The notes under the pieces: generated by a model
The model's input: only the letters and a program-made list of their open reading frames with translations
What the model was told of the DNA's origin: nothing
The model's database searches: none
NCBI GenBank assembly: GCA_021613535.1
Contig: CP075493.1
Span: 3,782,001-3,846,000 of the forward strand
Origin: Adineta vaga
Taxonomy: Eukaryota > Animalia > Rotifera
Length of the DNA: 64,000 nucleotides
Direction: 5' to 3'
Shown here: piece by piece, positions 14,764 to 27,700 of the stretch
How the letters are laid out: every line of letters begins with the position of its first letter
Numbering within the stretch: the stretch's first letter is position 1
Translations under genes and position numbers: made by a program

Positions 14764-15142
14764 CTAATCTTTTATGTTTGTGTGTGTGTAACATACTTTA
14801 AATTCGTTTTTTTTCTCGAAAATATACTTGCTATACAACTTTCCAATTCAAGAATACATGAAGTTCCAAGATATCTTCGCGATTTTTCTCGTTAAGCGCA
14901 TCATCATTATTCGAATTGATCGGTAATTATTTGAGAATCCTGAAGAATCTGAACATAGTATAGATTATACATTCTATTATTACATGAGAAAAATCGTTCT
15001 AGTGAAATAGAATTTTACGCCTAAGATGGTTCTCTTCGCAACTCAAAGTTATGCATGAAATCTATAAAGATAAGCTTTTTAGAAGGTAAATCCTATGAAA
15101 AACAAAGGCTTGAACATTTTACTATATATAATACGGAAAATG

Positions 15143-15919
15143 CTATGCTGAAACCCAAGTTTTATTAACACATTTTTTGTTTGTTTTCGTTAAAGATCCT
15201 TTTCCATATAATTTGGTCACTATATTTTCAGGTTTTGCAGGACACCAGACTAGGATATTGCTGAAATTACATGGCTGTAATGGAAAAGTCCATTCGACGG
15301 GTGAAGTAATCCATCTATATGATGCATCATACTCGGTTAACGTTGTGGTAACATTTGTTTTCTTTCTGGATTGATTTGGGTTAAAGTCATATATAGGCCA
15401 AATATCAACATGATAACGAAGTTTTCGATGTACAAATCGAGCATTTGGTGCTATAAAGTTAAAGCCTTGTTTTGGATAATAAGAACGTTTAGCATATCCA
15501 ACAAACGACCATTGTGGATGAACTTTTAATTCATAGATCAATGAGAAATTCTTATCTGCAAATGGAACAAGATATTGTGTATCTTGTGCTAACATTAGTA
15601 TGTCCGTATCTCCATCATGAGGTAATAGACCACCACGTTGCATATAACCAACAAGTGATCCATAGGCGATCCAATATTGTATGTTATGTTCATGAGCAAA
15701 CTGTGTCCATGCATAAAGTGTAGTGAGTAAAACTTGTTGTCGAGATCGATCATTTAAATTACATATTGGTGTTTGTTCTAATGCATCAGCAATTGAATTA
15801 TTAATATTCACAATAACATAATTTGATGTCATACTACTTTTACAATAGTAAACACCAATACAGAATGTAAAAAATAATAAAGCTATACATAGGTGACATG
15901 AAGAGGTTTTTGAATACAT
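15143..15919 (-). CDS. LicD/fukutin-family nucleotidyl/phosphotransferase 1 (intronless, N-terminal anchor)
   Basis: YWIAYGSLVGYMQRGGLLPHDGDTDI motif, HVDIWP, WTFPLQPC.F...WCP. Confidence 0.88.
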   Translation of the reverse strand: MYSKTSSCHLCIALLFFTFCIGVYYCKSSMTSNYVIVNINNSIADALEQTPICNLNDRSRQQVLLTTLYAWTQFAHEHNIQYWIAYGSLVGYMQRGGLLPHDGDTDILMLAQDTQYLVPFADKNFSLIYELKVHPQWSFVGYAKRSYYPKQGFNFIAPNARFVHRKLRYHVDIWPIYDFNPNQSRKKTNVTTTLTEYDASYRWITSPVEWTFPLQPCNFSNILVWCPAKPENIVTKLYGKGSLTKTNKKCVNKTWVSA

Positions 15920-16990
15920 TTCTTCGAATTATTGGTAGGTGAAAGGGGCATAAGATGAATAGTATCATTTATTTGCTTCATGATATAGTGGCAATAGAAA
16001 TCTATATGCAAAGAAAGAAAAGAAACGCTCATAAACTTCATTGATATATATATATATATATATATGAGCTCGTATTTCTGTTGATTTTAGAAGGACATGA
16101 CTGATTAAACTATTTACGGAGAAAATAAGATGGATAAAACTAAAAAAAAAATGTTCAAGGAAATTTCTCTATTGATTTTATTGTGTAATCGTATTTCCTT
16201 TTGTCAGATATAAAAAGGAGAATCTTATGCTCTAAAAGAATATATATATATATATTACATAAGAGATCTGAGTATTCTAAGTAAAAAAATATGTGTTTTT
16301 TATTTTAGCATAAGCTAAACGTAGAATTAATAATGAAAATTTTTTGTTGTCAATCGGAGAAGAAGAACAACAACATCACTTTCATTTCCAATACATATTT
16401 ACTTCGAAATAAACATTTTATCATATTTATACGATGAGACAGAGTGTTAAGTATGTGTAGTTCTATGCTATCATAGTCAAACGGATGTATATTCCAGAGT
16501 GGTTAAAAATGTTTTCAATACTAATTTAACTCGAATTAAATCTGGATTTATATGTGGTAAATATTTTTCATGGTCAGAATTTTTTACACATTTAATATTT
16601 GATTAAGTAATTGGTTCTCTGTAGAATAATTATATTTCGCTATAAACAAATACTCATATGAACATACAGTTTACAATTTATTTTGATCGTGTAAGTTTCA
16701 AATATAATTCATTTTAACAAAATGGAAAGTTATCATGCACGATCATTGACCTTTATTAATTATGTCAAAACAACATAATATTACAAATAATAACATTGTA
16801 TATGTTGATGATACGACAAACTAATTGTATAATGTCTTTTTTTCTAATAGAATTCTTACTATAACTTTTTCAGAAGAAGATAAAATGCAACTAAGACGTA
16901 ACAGAATATCGAGACTTTATGTAAAATTTGTTTTATTTATATAATCTAAAAGTAACCTACACATAGTTTAACTAAATAAGAATAGTCTTA

Positions 16991-17764
16991 TTAAACATCA
17001 ACCCATGATCCATCCTTACATATGTGATCACTTTGATTGACTGCTTGACTTCCATACAAGAGAGAAACGATTTTTTCTGGCATGGCTGGACACCATGTTT
17101 TCAATTGACTAAATAAACATGGTTTTAATGGGAATGTCCATTCAATTGGATACGATGCCCAAGCATAGTCAATAGAATATTGAAAAAGTGTTTTTCCACG
17201 AAGTGTTGTATTTGTTGGTTGATCGGGATGAAAATCATATATCGGCCAAATATCTACATGTCTATTATCTTCAAGATTATAAACACGTGCATTAGGTGCC
17301 ACGAAAGTGATACCTTGTGATTCGAAATAGGAACGATTTTTTTCTCCAATAATCTCCCATTGTGGATGTACTCTCAATTGATAGATTGATGAGAAATTAA
17401 CGTATGTCAATGACGCTAGACGTTTTGTATCTGAATGGAGCATTAAAACATCAACATCTGAATCATGTGGTATTAAGCCACGAAGTCTTGTATAACCAAC
17501 AAGTGATCCATCACATAACCAATATCTCAAATTATGTTCATGAGCAAATTGAGTCCAGGCATAAAACATTCGAAGTAAAGACCGTTGTCGATCACGATCA
17601 CCTGATTCACAAACTGGAATAGTTTCTAAAGTATTTTCAATTGAAATATTTGCCATTGGAAAAACATGTAATCCATTATCCGTATTATGAAAATAGTAGA
17701 GAAACATTATTCCAAAGAATAATAATAAAAGCTTAAGATAATTTCGTGAAAGTAAACTGATCAT
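16991..17764 (-). CDS. LicD-family protein 2 (tandem paralog of 15143-15919)
   Basis: YWLCDGSLVGYTRLRGLIPHDSDVDV, HVDIWP. Collinear with copy 1 and nearly the same length (257 vs 258 aa). Confidence 0.88.
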   Translation of the reverse strand: MISLLSRNYLKLLLLFFGIMFLYYFHNTDNGLHVFPMANISIENTLETIPVCESGDRDRQRSLLRMFYAWTQFAHEHNLRYWLCDGSLVGYTRLRGLIPHDSDVDVLMLHSDTKRLASLTYVNFSSIYQLRVHPQWEIIGEKNRSYFESQGITFVAPNARVYNLEDNRHVDIWPIYDFHPDQPTNTTLRGKTLFQYSIDYAWASYPIEWTFPLKPCLFSQLKTWCPAMPEKIVSLLYGSQAVNQSDHICKDGSWVDV

Positions 17765-18780
17765 GTGTACTATCGTAAGTATTGTGATTATGGGAATAGA
17801 TGGTTTTATTCTGTAATGTTAAGTATGCTTGTTAATTTCTAAAATTATATTAGATGCGATATACACGATGGATATATAATATTTATAATAATAGTCTTTA
17901 TGGCCGTTCTCTTTCTCTTTTTCAGATTTGAAGAACAGATTCCATGAAAAAAAAACAGATGTAAGCATACGTGATGCAATGGATGAGTATTAGAATGCAA
18001 GAAAACATACATGAATGTCATACTATCTGCCTGTGAATTTAAGAGAAATTATTGATGAAAGACACACCACTGACGATATTACGAAATATTTTCATGCATC
18101 CATTCTATCTCTATCAAAGATTTCGAACAATCGTCATATGATACATCTAACTCGAATTAGATATAATCATAATTAAACTAAAAATATCATAAAATTATCT
18201 TCTACTTGTTGATCTTTCTATAAACAAAATGTACATAGAAAATTATAATAATCTAAAAGGTTGATTAGAAACGAATGAAATACGATTCATATTGAATATC
18301 ATGTAACTTCTTTAATGTAGTTTTACTCTTGATATGAAGATGAAAGATATCATAAATTACAAATACTTGTTTTTCTTGTACATCATCTAGTGATACTTTG
18401 AATTTTCTTGAAAAAAGGTCGATTCAACAATTAAAAATATGTTTCAGAGAAATGTATGGCATGTGTTTTTTTAAAGATTTTATCGCCTACAGATGACATA
18501 TTTTGACACAAATCATGGAACTATGTTGAAATAAAATGAATGATAGTTATTTTCGATCCGCACATATTTCATCAGTATGTTCCATATTCACAAAAAAGAG
18601 AGTTATATATAGAGATTCTTTCGCCAAATCATGTGCGGGGGTATACTATCTTCAGAATCAATGAAATATTGTTTTTTCATTAGAATTAAGCATATAAATA
18701 CTTAGCACATTTGCATTAGAAATTCGTCTTTTTTTTCATTAGATAAGATATTGTAGAGAATACACTCTTTATATTTAACA

Positions 18781-21700
18781 ATGTATGTTGAACAACAACA
18801 AGATATTTTAGAACAACCTGAAGACAATCCGCAATCGATACACTCATGGTAAGATGTATTTATCATTGAATTGATTCAATGAAATTTCTCTTCAATTAAT
18901 TATAGGTTTCGAATGCCGAGTATGTTCAGGTCATCAAGAATTAAAATATTTCTCACTATTCTGATGCTAATTTTGATCGTTAGCATCAGTGTTTTATTTG
19001 TTATTTCAAATAATAACAACTCAATTAAAATCATTGAGCATATCAATGAAACAAACGGTAAGTCGAAAAGAGAAAATTCATTTTAATACATTCAGATGAA
19101 GATATTGATCTGTAAACATTTTCGCTTTAACTAAAGAGATAAACAGAAAAATAAATAAACTCTTCTTCTTCAGAGGTTGATTCAATGAATTATTCATTGT
19201 CTAACGAATTCACAGCTACTGAATATCGCAGAAAACGAATACCTCGATCTCGATCATTATCACGAGTATGTTAATTATCATTGTATTGTCTTCTACACAG
19301 TAAGTCTTTTGATTAGGTTAATGAACCAGATGAACAAGGCTATTTTAACGTTTATGTTCGTGATTCATGCCGCGAAATGCCTCGAAATCCATTCAAAGAA
19401 GTTCGTTTTCCCTATGTTCGATATGGTCGTCGCCAATTGGGTAAAAAATTTTATTTATCGTTTTATATAAATATATATACATAATTATCAATATTCTCGA
19501 AAATCTAGTATATTCAAGAACATGGGTTAGATTTTCGCGATTGATGCCTATCTATGTGAATCGAATCAATCGTCATACTATGATCTATACAAAAGATACT
19601 GGTAATATTTTATTCATAACTCATCAATAAAAGACCACAATAATGTTGTTGTTGTTGTTGTTTTTAGTTTATATTTTACCTCCATATATTAATTTTAATA
19701 GAAAACTAATATCGGTTGCTGAATTAATGGCATACGGATATGCATCCATGCTTGAGAGTAGCTCTTTAATGCCATCGCGTTTTAATATTGCATCTTATGC
19801 TCACTCTGGTGCATGTGAGTATCTCGATATTCATTCCTTTTTGAAATAGTTTTTCCGTTCATATAGATTACATGCGAGGCATGCCACGGTTTAATTCTCA
19901 AACACAATCTTTTATGGGTGGAGTCGAAACTAAATCACGCTCAGAATACAATGCAGACTGCGATTATAGTTATGAAGAAAATATTGGCGATGAAGAACCA
20001 ATCTCATATTCCTTAGACAATGATAATAATGCTGACGAAGAAGAACCAATACCTTATTCCAGAGACGATGATAATAATGCAGATGAAGAAGAACCTTCAT
20101 CTTATGAAGAAAATCCAAACTATGAAGACTCATCTTATTATGGATCAAATAAATATGATAAGAAGCCATCTTCATATAGCAGAAACAGACACAAAAGTCC
20201 ACACAGCAAAAACAACTATGATTATAAACCAAGGCGTCGTCCAAGACCATACAAAACAGGTAATTATGATATGTTCTATTCGTATTCTAGAGCAAATACG
20301 AAAAAATACCTAGAGCCCCACGCGAACAAGAATCACAACCCTATACACATCTTGAGAAATAACAAAGAAATCAGATAAACTTCACTTCCAGAACTACTGA
20401 ATGTGTTCAACAATCTAACGAATTAATGACTTTTCTACCAACACCACAGAAACTCTCAAAACAAATCGAAACACGAATGCTCCCATTCGTCCCACGCTCA
20501 AAGTCAACAGTTCAATCAAACTAATCCCTTCTTGAAGTCACAAAGCGAACAGTATCATTTACAAACATAAACGGAAAAACACAGTCATAAAACAAATAAT
20601 GAAAATATTCGAAATCCATGAGAAAGCACATACTAAACGAAAATCTAGGTACTCATATACAACAAACCGATTATTCCCAAAAGAACAGATAGTTATCAGA
20701 CATATTCATTACAGCCAATTATATCTCAATAGAAGCTAAAAACCATTACAACCCAAACAATTACTTTTTCCTTCCTTCGACGTATGAAACGCATCCGCAA
20801 GTATCAAACAAACATGTACGATAATAAGCCATACCCCACCTGCGAATAACAACTAATCAATACATTGAGATAAAACTCTAAAATACTACTTCATTCTAGC
20901 TACCACTACCACCACGACCATATCTACTACCACAACCACAAAAACAACCACTTCCAAAATCAGGACAATCCCACCAACCACATCAACCAAACGCGTGAGT
21001 AAACCTCAGTCTACCGCTACGCAACCAACACCAACTCATCCAATAACAGCACATCCAACAAGTGCGGAAACAACCAAAAAACAAACGACTACAACAGAAC
21101 ATACTAGTACTCAACCAACAGGAACCCAACCCACTGGAACTAAACCAGCCGGTACTCAACCAACAGGAACCCAACCCACTGGAACTAAACCAGCCGGTAC
21201 TCAACCAACAGGAACACAACCAACGGGAACACAACCTACTGGAACTAAACCAGCCGGTACTCAACCAACAGGAACACAACCAACAGGAACTCAACCAACA
21301 GGTACTCAACCAACAGGAACACAACCTACTGGAACTAAACCAGCCGGTACTCAACCAACAGGTACTCAACCAACAGGAACACAACCTACTGGAACTAAAC
21401 CAGCCGGTACCCAACCAACAGGAATTCAACCAACAGGAACTCAACCAACAGGTACTCAACCAACAGGAACACAACCTACTGGAACTAAACCAGCCGGTAC
21501 TCAACCAACAGGAACTCAACCAACAGGAACACAACCTACTGGAACTAAACCAGCCGGTACTCAACCAACAGGAACACAACCTACTGGAACTAAACCAACA
21601 GGAACTAAACCAGCCGGTACTCAACCAACAGGCACTCAACCAACAGGAACACAACCTACTGGAACTAAACCAGCCGGTACTCAACCAACAGGAACTCAAC

Positions 21701-24700
21701 CAACAGGAACACAACCTACTGGAACTAAACCAGCCGGTACTCAACCAACAGGAACTCAACCAACAGGAACTCAACCAACAGGTACTCAACCAACAGGAAC
21801 ACAACCTACTGGAACTAAACCAGCCGGTACTCAACCAACAGGAACTCAACCAACAGGAACTCAACCAACAGGTACTCAACCAACAGGAACACAACCTACT
21901 GGAACTAAACCAGCCGGTACTCAACCAACAGGTACTCAACCAACAGGAACACAACCTACTGGAACTAAACCAGCCGGTACCCAACCAACAGGAACTCAAC
22001 CAACAGGAACTCAACCAACAGGTACTCAACCAACAGGAACACAACCTACTGGAACTAAACCAGCCGGTACTCAACCAACAGGAACACAACCCACTGGAAC
22101 TAAACCAGCCGGTACTCAACCAACAGGAACTAAACCAGCCGGTACTCAACCAACAGGCACTCAACCAACAGGAACACAACCTACTGGAACTAAACCAGCC
22201 GGTACTCAACCAACAGGCACTCAACCAACAGGAACACAACCTACTGGAACTAAACAAGCCGGTACTCAACCAACAGGATCACAACCTACTGGAACTAAAC
22301 CAGCCGGTACTCAACCAACAGGAACTCAACCAACAGGAACTCAACCAACAGGTACTCAACCAACAGGAACACAACCTACTGGAACTAAACCAGCCGGTAC
22401 TAAACCAACAGGAACACAACCTACTGGAACTAAACCAGCCGGTACTCAACCAACAGGAACTCAACCAACAGGAACTCAACCAACAGGTACTCAACCAACA
22501 GGAACGCAACCTACTGGAACTAAACCAGCCGGTACTCAACCAACAGGTACTCAACCAACAGGAACACAACCTACTGGAACTAAACCAGCCGGTACTCAAC
22601 CAACAGGAACTCAACCAACAGGAACACAACCTACTGGAACTAAACCAGCCGGTACTCAACCAACAGGAACTCAACCAACAGGTACTCAACCAACAGGAAC
22701 ACAACCTACTGGAACTAAACCAGCCGGTACTAAACCAACAGGAACACAACCTACTGGAACTAAACCAGCCGGTACTCAACCAACAGGAACTCAACCAACA
22801 GGAACTCAACCAACAGGTACTCAACCAACAGGAACGCAACCTACTGGAACTAAACCAGCCGGTACTCAACCAACAGGTACTCAACCAACAGGAACACAAC
22901 CAGCCGGTACTCAACCAACAGGAACTCAACCAACAGGTACTCAACCAACAGGAACACAACCTACTGGAACTAAACCAGCCGGTACTAAACCAACAGGAAC
23001 ACAACCTACTGGAACTAAACCAGCCGGTACTCAACCAACAGGAACTCAACCAACAGGAACTCAACCAACAGGTACTCAACCAACAGGAACGCAACCTACT
23101 GGAACTAAACCAGCCGGTACTCAACCAACAGGCACTCAACCAACAGGAACACAACCTACTGGAACTAAACCAGCCGGTACTCAACCAACAGGAACTCAAC
23201 CAACAGGAACACAACCTACTGGAACTAAACCAGCCGGTACTAAACCAACAGGAACACAACCTACTGGAACTAAACCAGCCGGTACTCAACCAACAGGAAC
23301 TCAACCAACAGGAACTCAACCAACAGGTACTCAACCAACAGGAACGCAACCTACTGGAACTAAACCAGCCGGTACTCAACCAACAGGTACTCAACCAACA
23401 GGAACACAACCTACTGGAACTAAACCAGCCGGTACTCAACCAACAGGAACACAACCTACTGGAACTAAACCAGCCGGTACTCAACCAACAGGAACTCAAC
23501 CAACAGGAACACAACCTACTGGAACTAAACCAGCCGGTACTCAACCAACAGGAACACAACCAACAGGAACACAACCTACTGGAACTAAACCAGCCGGTAC
23601 TCAACCAACAGGAACTCAACCAACAGGAACACAACCAACACACAACCTACAGGAACTAAACCAGCCGGTACTCAACCAACAGGAACACAACCTACTGGAA
23701 CTAAACCAGCCGGTACTCAACCAACAGGAACACAACCTACTGGAACTAAACCAGCCGGTACTCAACCAACAGGAACACAACCAACAGGAACACAACCTAC
23801 TGGAACTAAACCAGCCGGTACTCAACCAACAGGAACTCAACCAACAGGAACACAACCCACAGGAACTAAACCAGCCGGTACTCAACCAACAGGAACACAA
23901 CCAACAGGAACTAAACCAGCCGGTACTCAACCAACAGGTACTCAACCAACAGGAACACAACCTACTGGAACTAAACCAGCCGGTACTCAACCAACAGGAA
24001 CACAACCAACTGGAACTAAACCAGCCGGTACTCAACCAACAGGAACTCAACCAACAGGAACACAACCAACTGGAACTAAACCAGCCGGTACTCAACCAAC
24101 AGGAACTCAACCAGCCGGTACTCAACCAACAGGTACTCAACCAACAGGAACACAACCTACTGGAACTAAACCAGCCGGTACTCAACCAACAGGAACACAA
24201 CCAACAGGAACTAAACCAGCCGGTACTCAACCAACAGGAACTCAACCAACAGGAACTCAACCAACAGGTACTCAACCAACAGGAACACAACCTACTGGAA
24301 CTAAACCAGCCGGTACTCAACCAACAGGAACACAACCAACAGGAACACAACCTACTGGAACTAAACCAGCCGGTACTCAACCAACAGGAACTCAACCAAC
24401 AGGAACACAACCCACAGGAACTAAACCAGCCGGTACTCAACCAACAGGAACACAACCAACAGGAACTAAACCAACCGGTACTCAACCAACAGGAACTCAA
24501 CCAACAGGAACACAACCCACCGGAACTAAACCAGCCGGTACTCAACCAACAGGAACTCAACCAGCCGGTACTCAACCAACAGGTACTCAACCAACAGGAA
24601 CACAACCTACTGGAACTAAACCAGCCGGTACTCAACCAACAGGTACTCAACCAACAGGAACACAACCTACAGGAACTAAACCAGCCGGTACTCAACCAAC

Positions 24701-27700
24701 AGGAACACAACCTACTGGAACTAAACCAGCCGGTACTCAACCAACAGGAACTCAACCAACAGGAACACAACCCACTGGAACTAAACCAGCCGGTACTCAA
24801 CCAACAGGAACTCAACCAGCCGGTACTCAACCAACAGGTACTCAACCAACAGGAACACAACCTACTGGAACTAAACCAGCCGGTACTCAACCAACAGGAA
24901 CACAACCAACAGGAACTAAACCAGCCGGTACTCAACCAACAGGAACTCAACCAACAGGAACTCAACCAACAGGTACTCAACCAACAGGAACACAACCTAC
25001 TGGAACTAAACCAGCCGGTACTCAACCAACAGGTACTCAACCAACAGGAACACAACCTACTGGAACTAAACCAGCCGGTACCCAACCAACAGGAACTCAA
25101 CCAACAGGAACACAACCTACTGGAACTAAACAAGCCGGTACTCAACCAACAGGATCACAACCTACTGGAACTAAACCAGCCGGTACTCAACCAACAGGAA
25201 CTCAACCAACAGGTACTCAACCAACAGGAACACAACCAACAGGAACACAACCTACTGGAACTAAACCAGCCGGTACTCAACCAACAGGAACACAACCTAC
25301 TGGAACTAAACCAGCCGGTACTCAACCAACAGGAACACAACCAACAGGAACTCAACCAACAGGTACTCAACCAACAGGAACGCAACCTACTGGAACTAAA
25401 CCAGCCGGTACACAACCAACAGGAACACAACCAACTGCAACTAAACCAGCCGGTACACAACCAACTGGAACACAACCAACTGCAACTAAACCAGCCGGTA
25501 CACAACCAACAGGAACACAACCAACTGCAACAAAACCAGCCGGTACACAACCAACTGGAACACAACCAACTGCAACTAAACCAGCCGGTACACAACCAAC
25601 TGCAACTAGAGCAACCAACCAACTGCAACCAGACCAGCCGGTACACAACCAACAGGAACACAACCAACTGCAACTAAACCAGCCGGTACACAACCAACTG
25701 GAACACAACCAACTGCAACTAGAGCAGCCGGTACACAACCAACTGCAACCAGACCAGCCGGTACACAACCAACAGGAACACAACCGACTGCAACTAAACC
25801 AGCCGGTACACAACCAACAGGAACACAACCAACTGCAACTAAACCAGCCGGTACACAACCAACTGGAACACAACCAACTGCAACAAAACCAGCCGGTACA
25901 CAACCAACTGCAACTAAACCAGCCGGTACACAACCAACAGGAACACAACCAACTGCAACTAAACCAGCCGGTACACAACCAACAGGAACACAACCAACTG
26001 CAACTAAACCAGCCGGTACACAACCAACTGGAACACAACCAACTGCAACTAAACCAGCCGGTACACAACCAACAAACAGCCGTAACACAACAGGACTGCA
26101 ACTAAACCAGCCGGTACACAACCAACAGGAACACAACCAACTGCAACTAAACCCAGCCGGTACACAACCAACAGGAACACAACCAACTGCAACTAAACCA
26201 GCCGGTACACAACCAACAGGAACACAACCAACTGCAACTAAACCAGCCGGTACACAACCAACCACGACTGCAACTAACCACGGTAACCAACCAACCGGTA
26301 CACAACAACAGGCGTAACACACAACCAACCACTGCAACTAAACCAGCCGGTACACAACCAACTGGAACACAACAAACTGCAACTAAACCAGCAGGTACTC
26401 AACCAACTCCAACTAGACCAGCCGGTACACAACCAACAGGAACACAACCGACTGCAACTAAACCAGCCGGTACACAACCAACAGGAACACAACCAACTGC
26501 AACTAAACCAGCCGGTACACAACCAACTGGAACACAACCAACTGCACAACCGACTGCAACTAAACCAGCCGGTACACAACCAACAGGAACACAACCAACT
26601 GCAACTAAACCAGCCGGTACACAACCAACAGGAACACAACCAACTGCAACTAAACCAGCCGGTACACAACCAACAGGAACACCAACAGGAACACAACCAA
26701 CTGCAACTAAACCAGCCGGTACACAACCAACTGGAACACAACCAACTGCAACTAAACCAGCCGGTACACAACCAACAGGAACACAACCAACTGCAACTAA
26801 ACCAGCCGGTACACAACCAACAGGAACACAACCAACTGCAACAAAACCAGCCGGTACACAACCAACAGGAACACAACCAACTGCAACTAAACCAGCCGGT
26901 ACACAACCAACAGGAACACAACCAACTGCAACTAAACCAGCCGGTACACAACCAACAGGAACACAACCAACTGCAACTAAACCAGCCGGTACACAACCAA
27001 CAGGAACACAACCGACTGCAACTAAACCAGCCGGTACTCAACCAACTGGAACACAACCAACTGCAACTAAACCAGCCGGTACACAACCAACAGGTACACA
27101 ACCGACTGCAACTAAACCAGCCGGTACACAACCAACTGCAACTAGAGCAGCCGGTACACAACCAACTGCAACCAGACCAGCCGGTACACAACCAACAGGA
27201 ACACAACCGACTGCAACTAAACCAGCCGGTACACAACCAACTGGAACACAACCAACTGCAACACAACCAACTGCAACAAAACCAGCCGGTACACAACCAA
27301 CAGCAACTAAACCAGCCGGTACACAACCAACAGGAACACAACCAACTGCAACTAAACCAGCCGGTACACAACCAACAGGAACACAACCAACTGCAACTAA
27401 ACCAGCCGGTACACAACCAACTGGAACACAACCAACTGCACTAAACCAGCCGGTACAACAACCAACCGGTACACAACCAACGCAACTAAACCAGCCGGTA
27501 CACAACCAACAGGAACACAACAACTGCAACTAAACCAGCCGGTACAACAACCAACCACAGGAACACAACCAACTGCAACTAAACCAGCCGGTACACAACC
27601 AACGGAACACAACCAACTGCAACTAAACAGCCGGTACACAACCAACAGGAACACAACCAACTGCAACTAAACCAGCCGGTACACAACCAACAGGAACACA

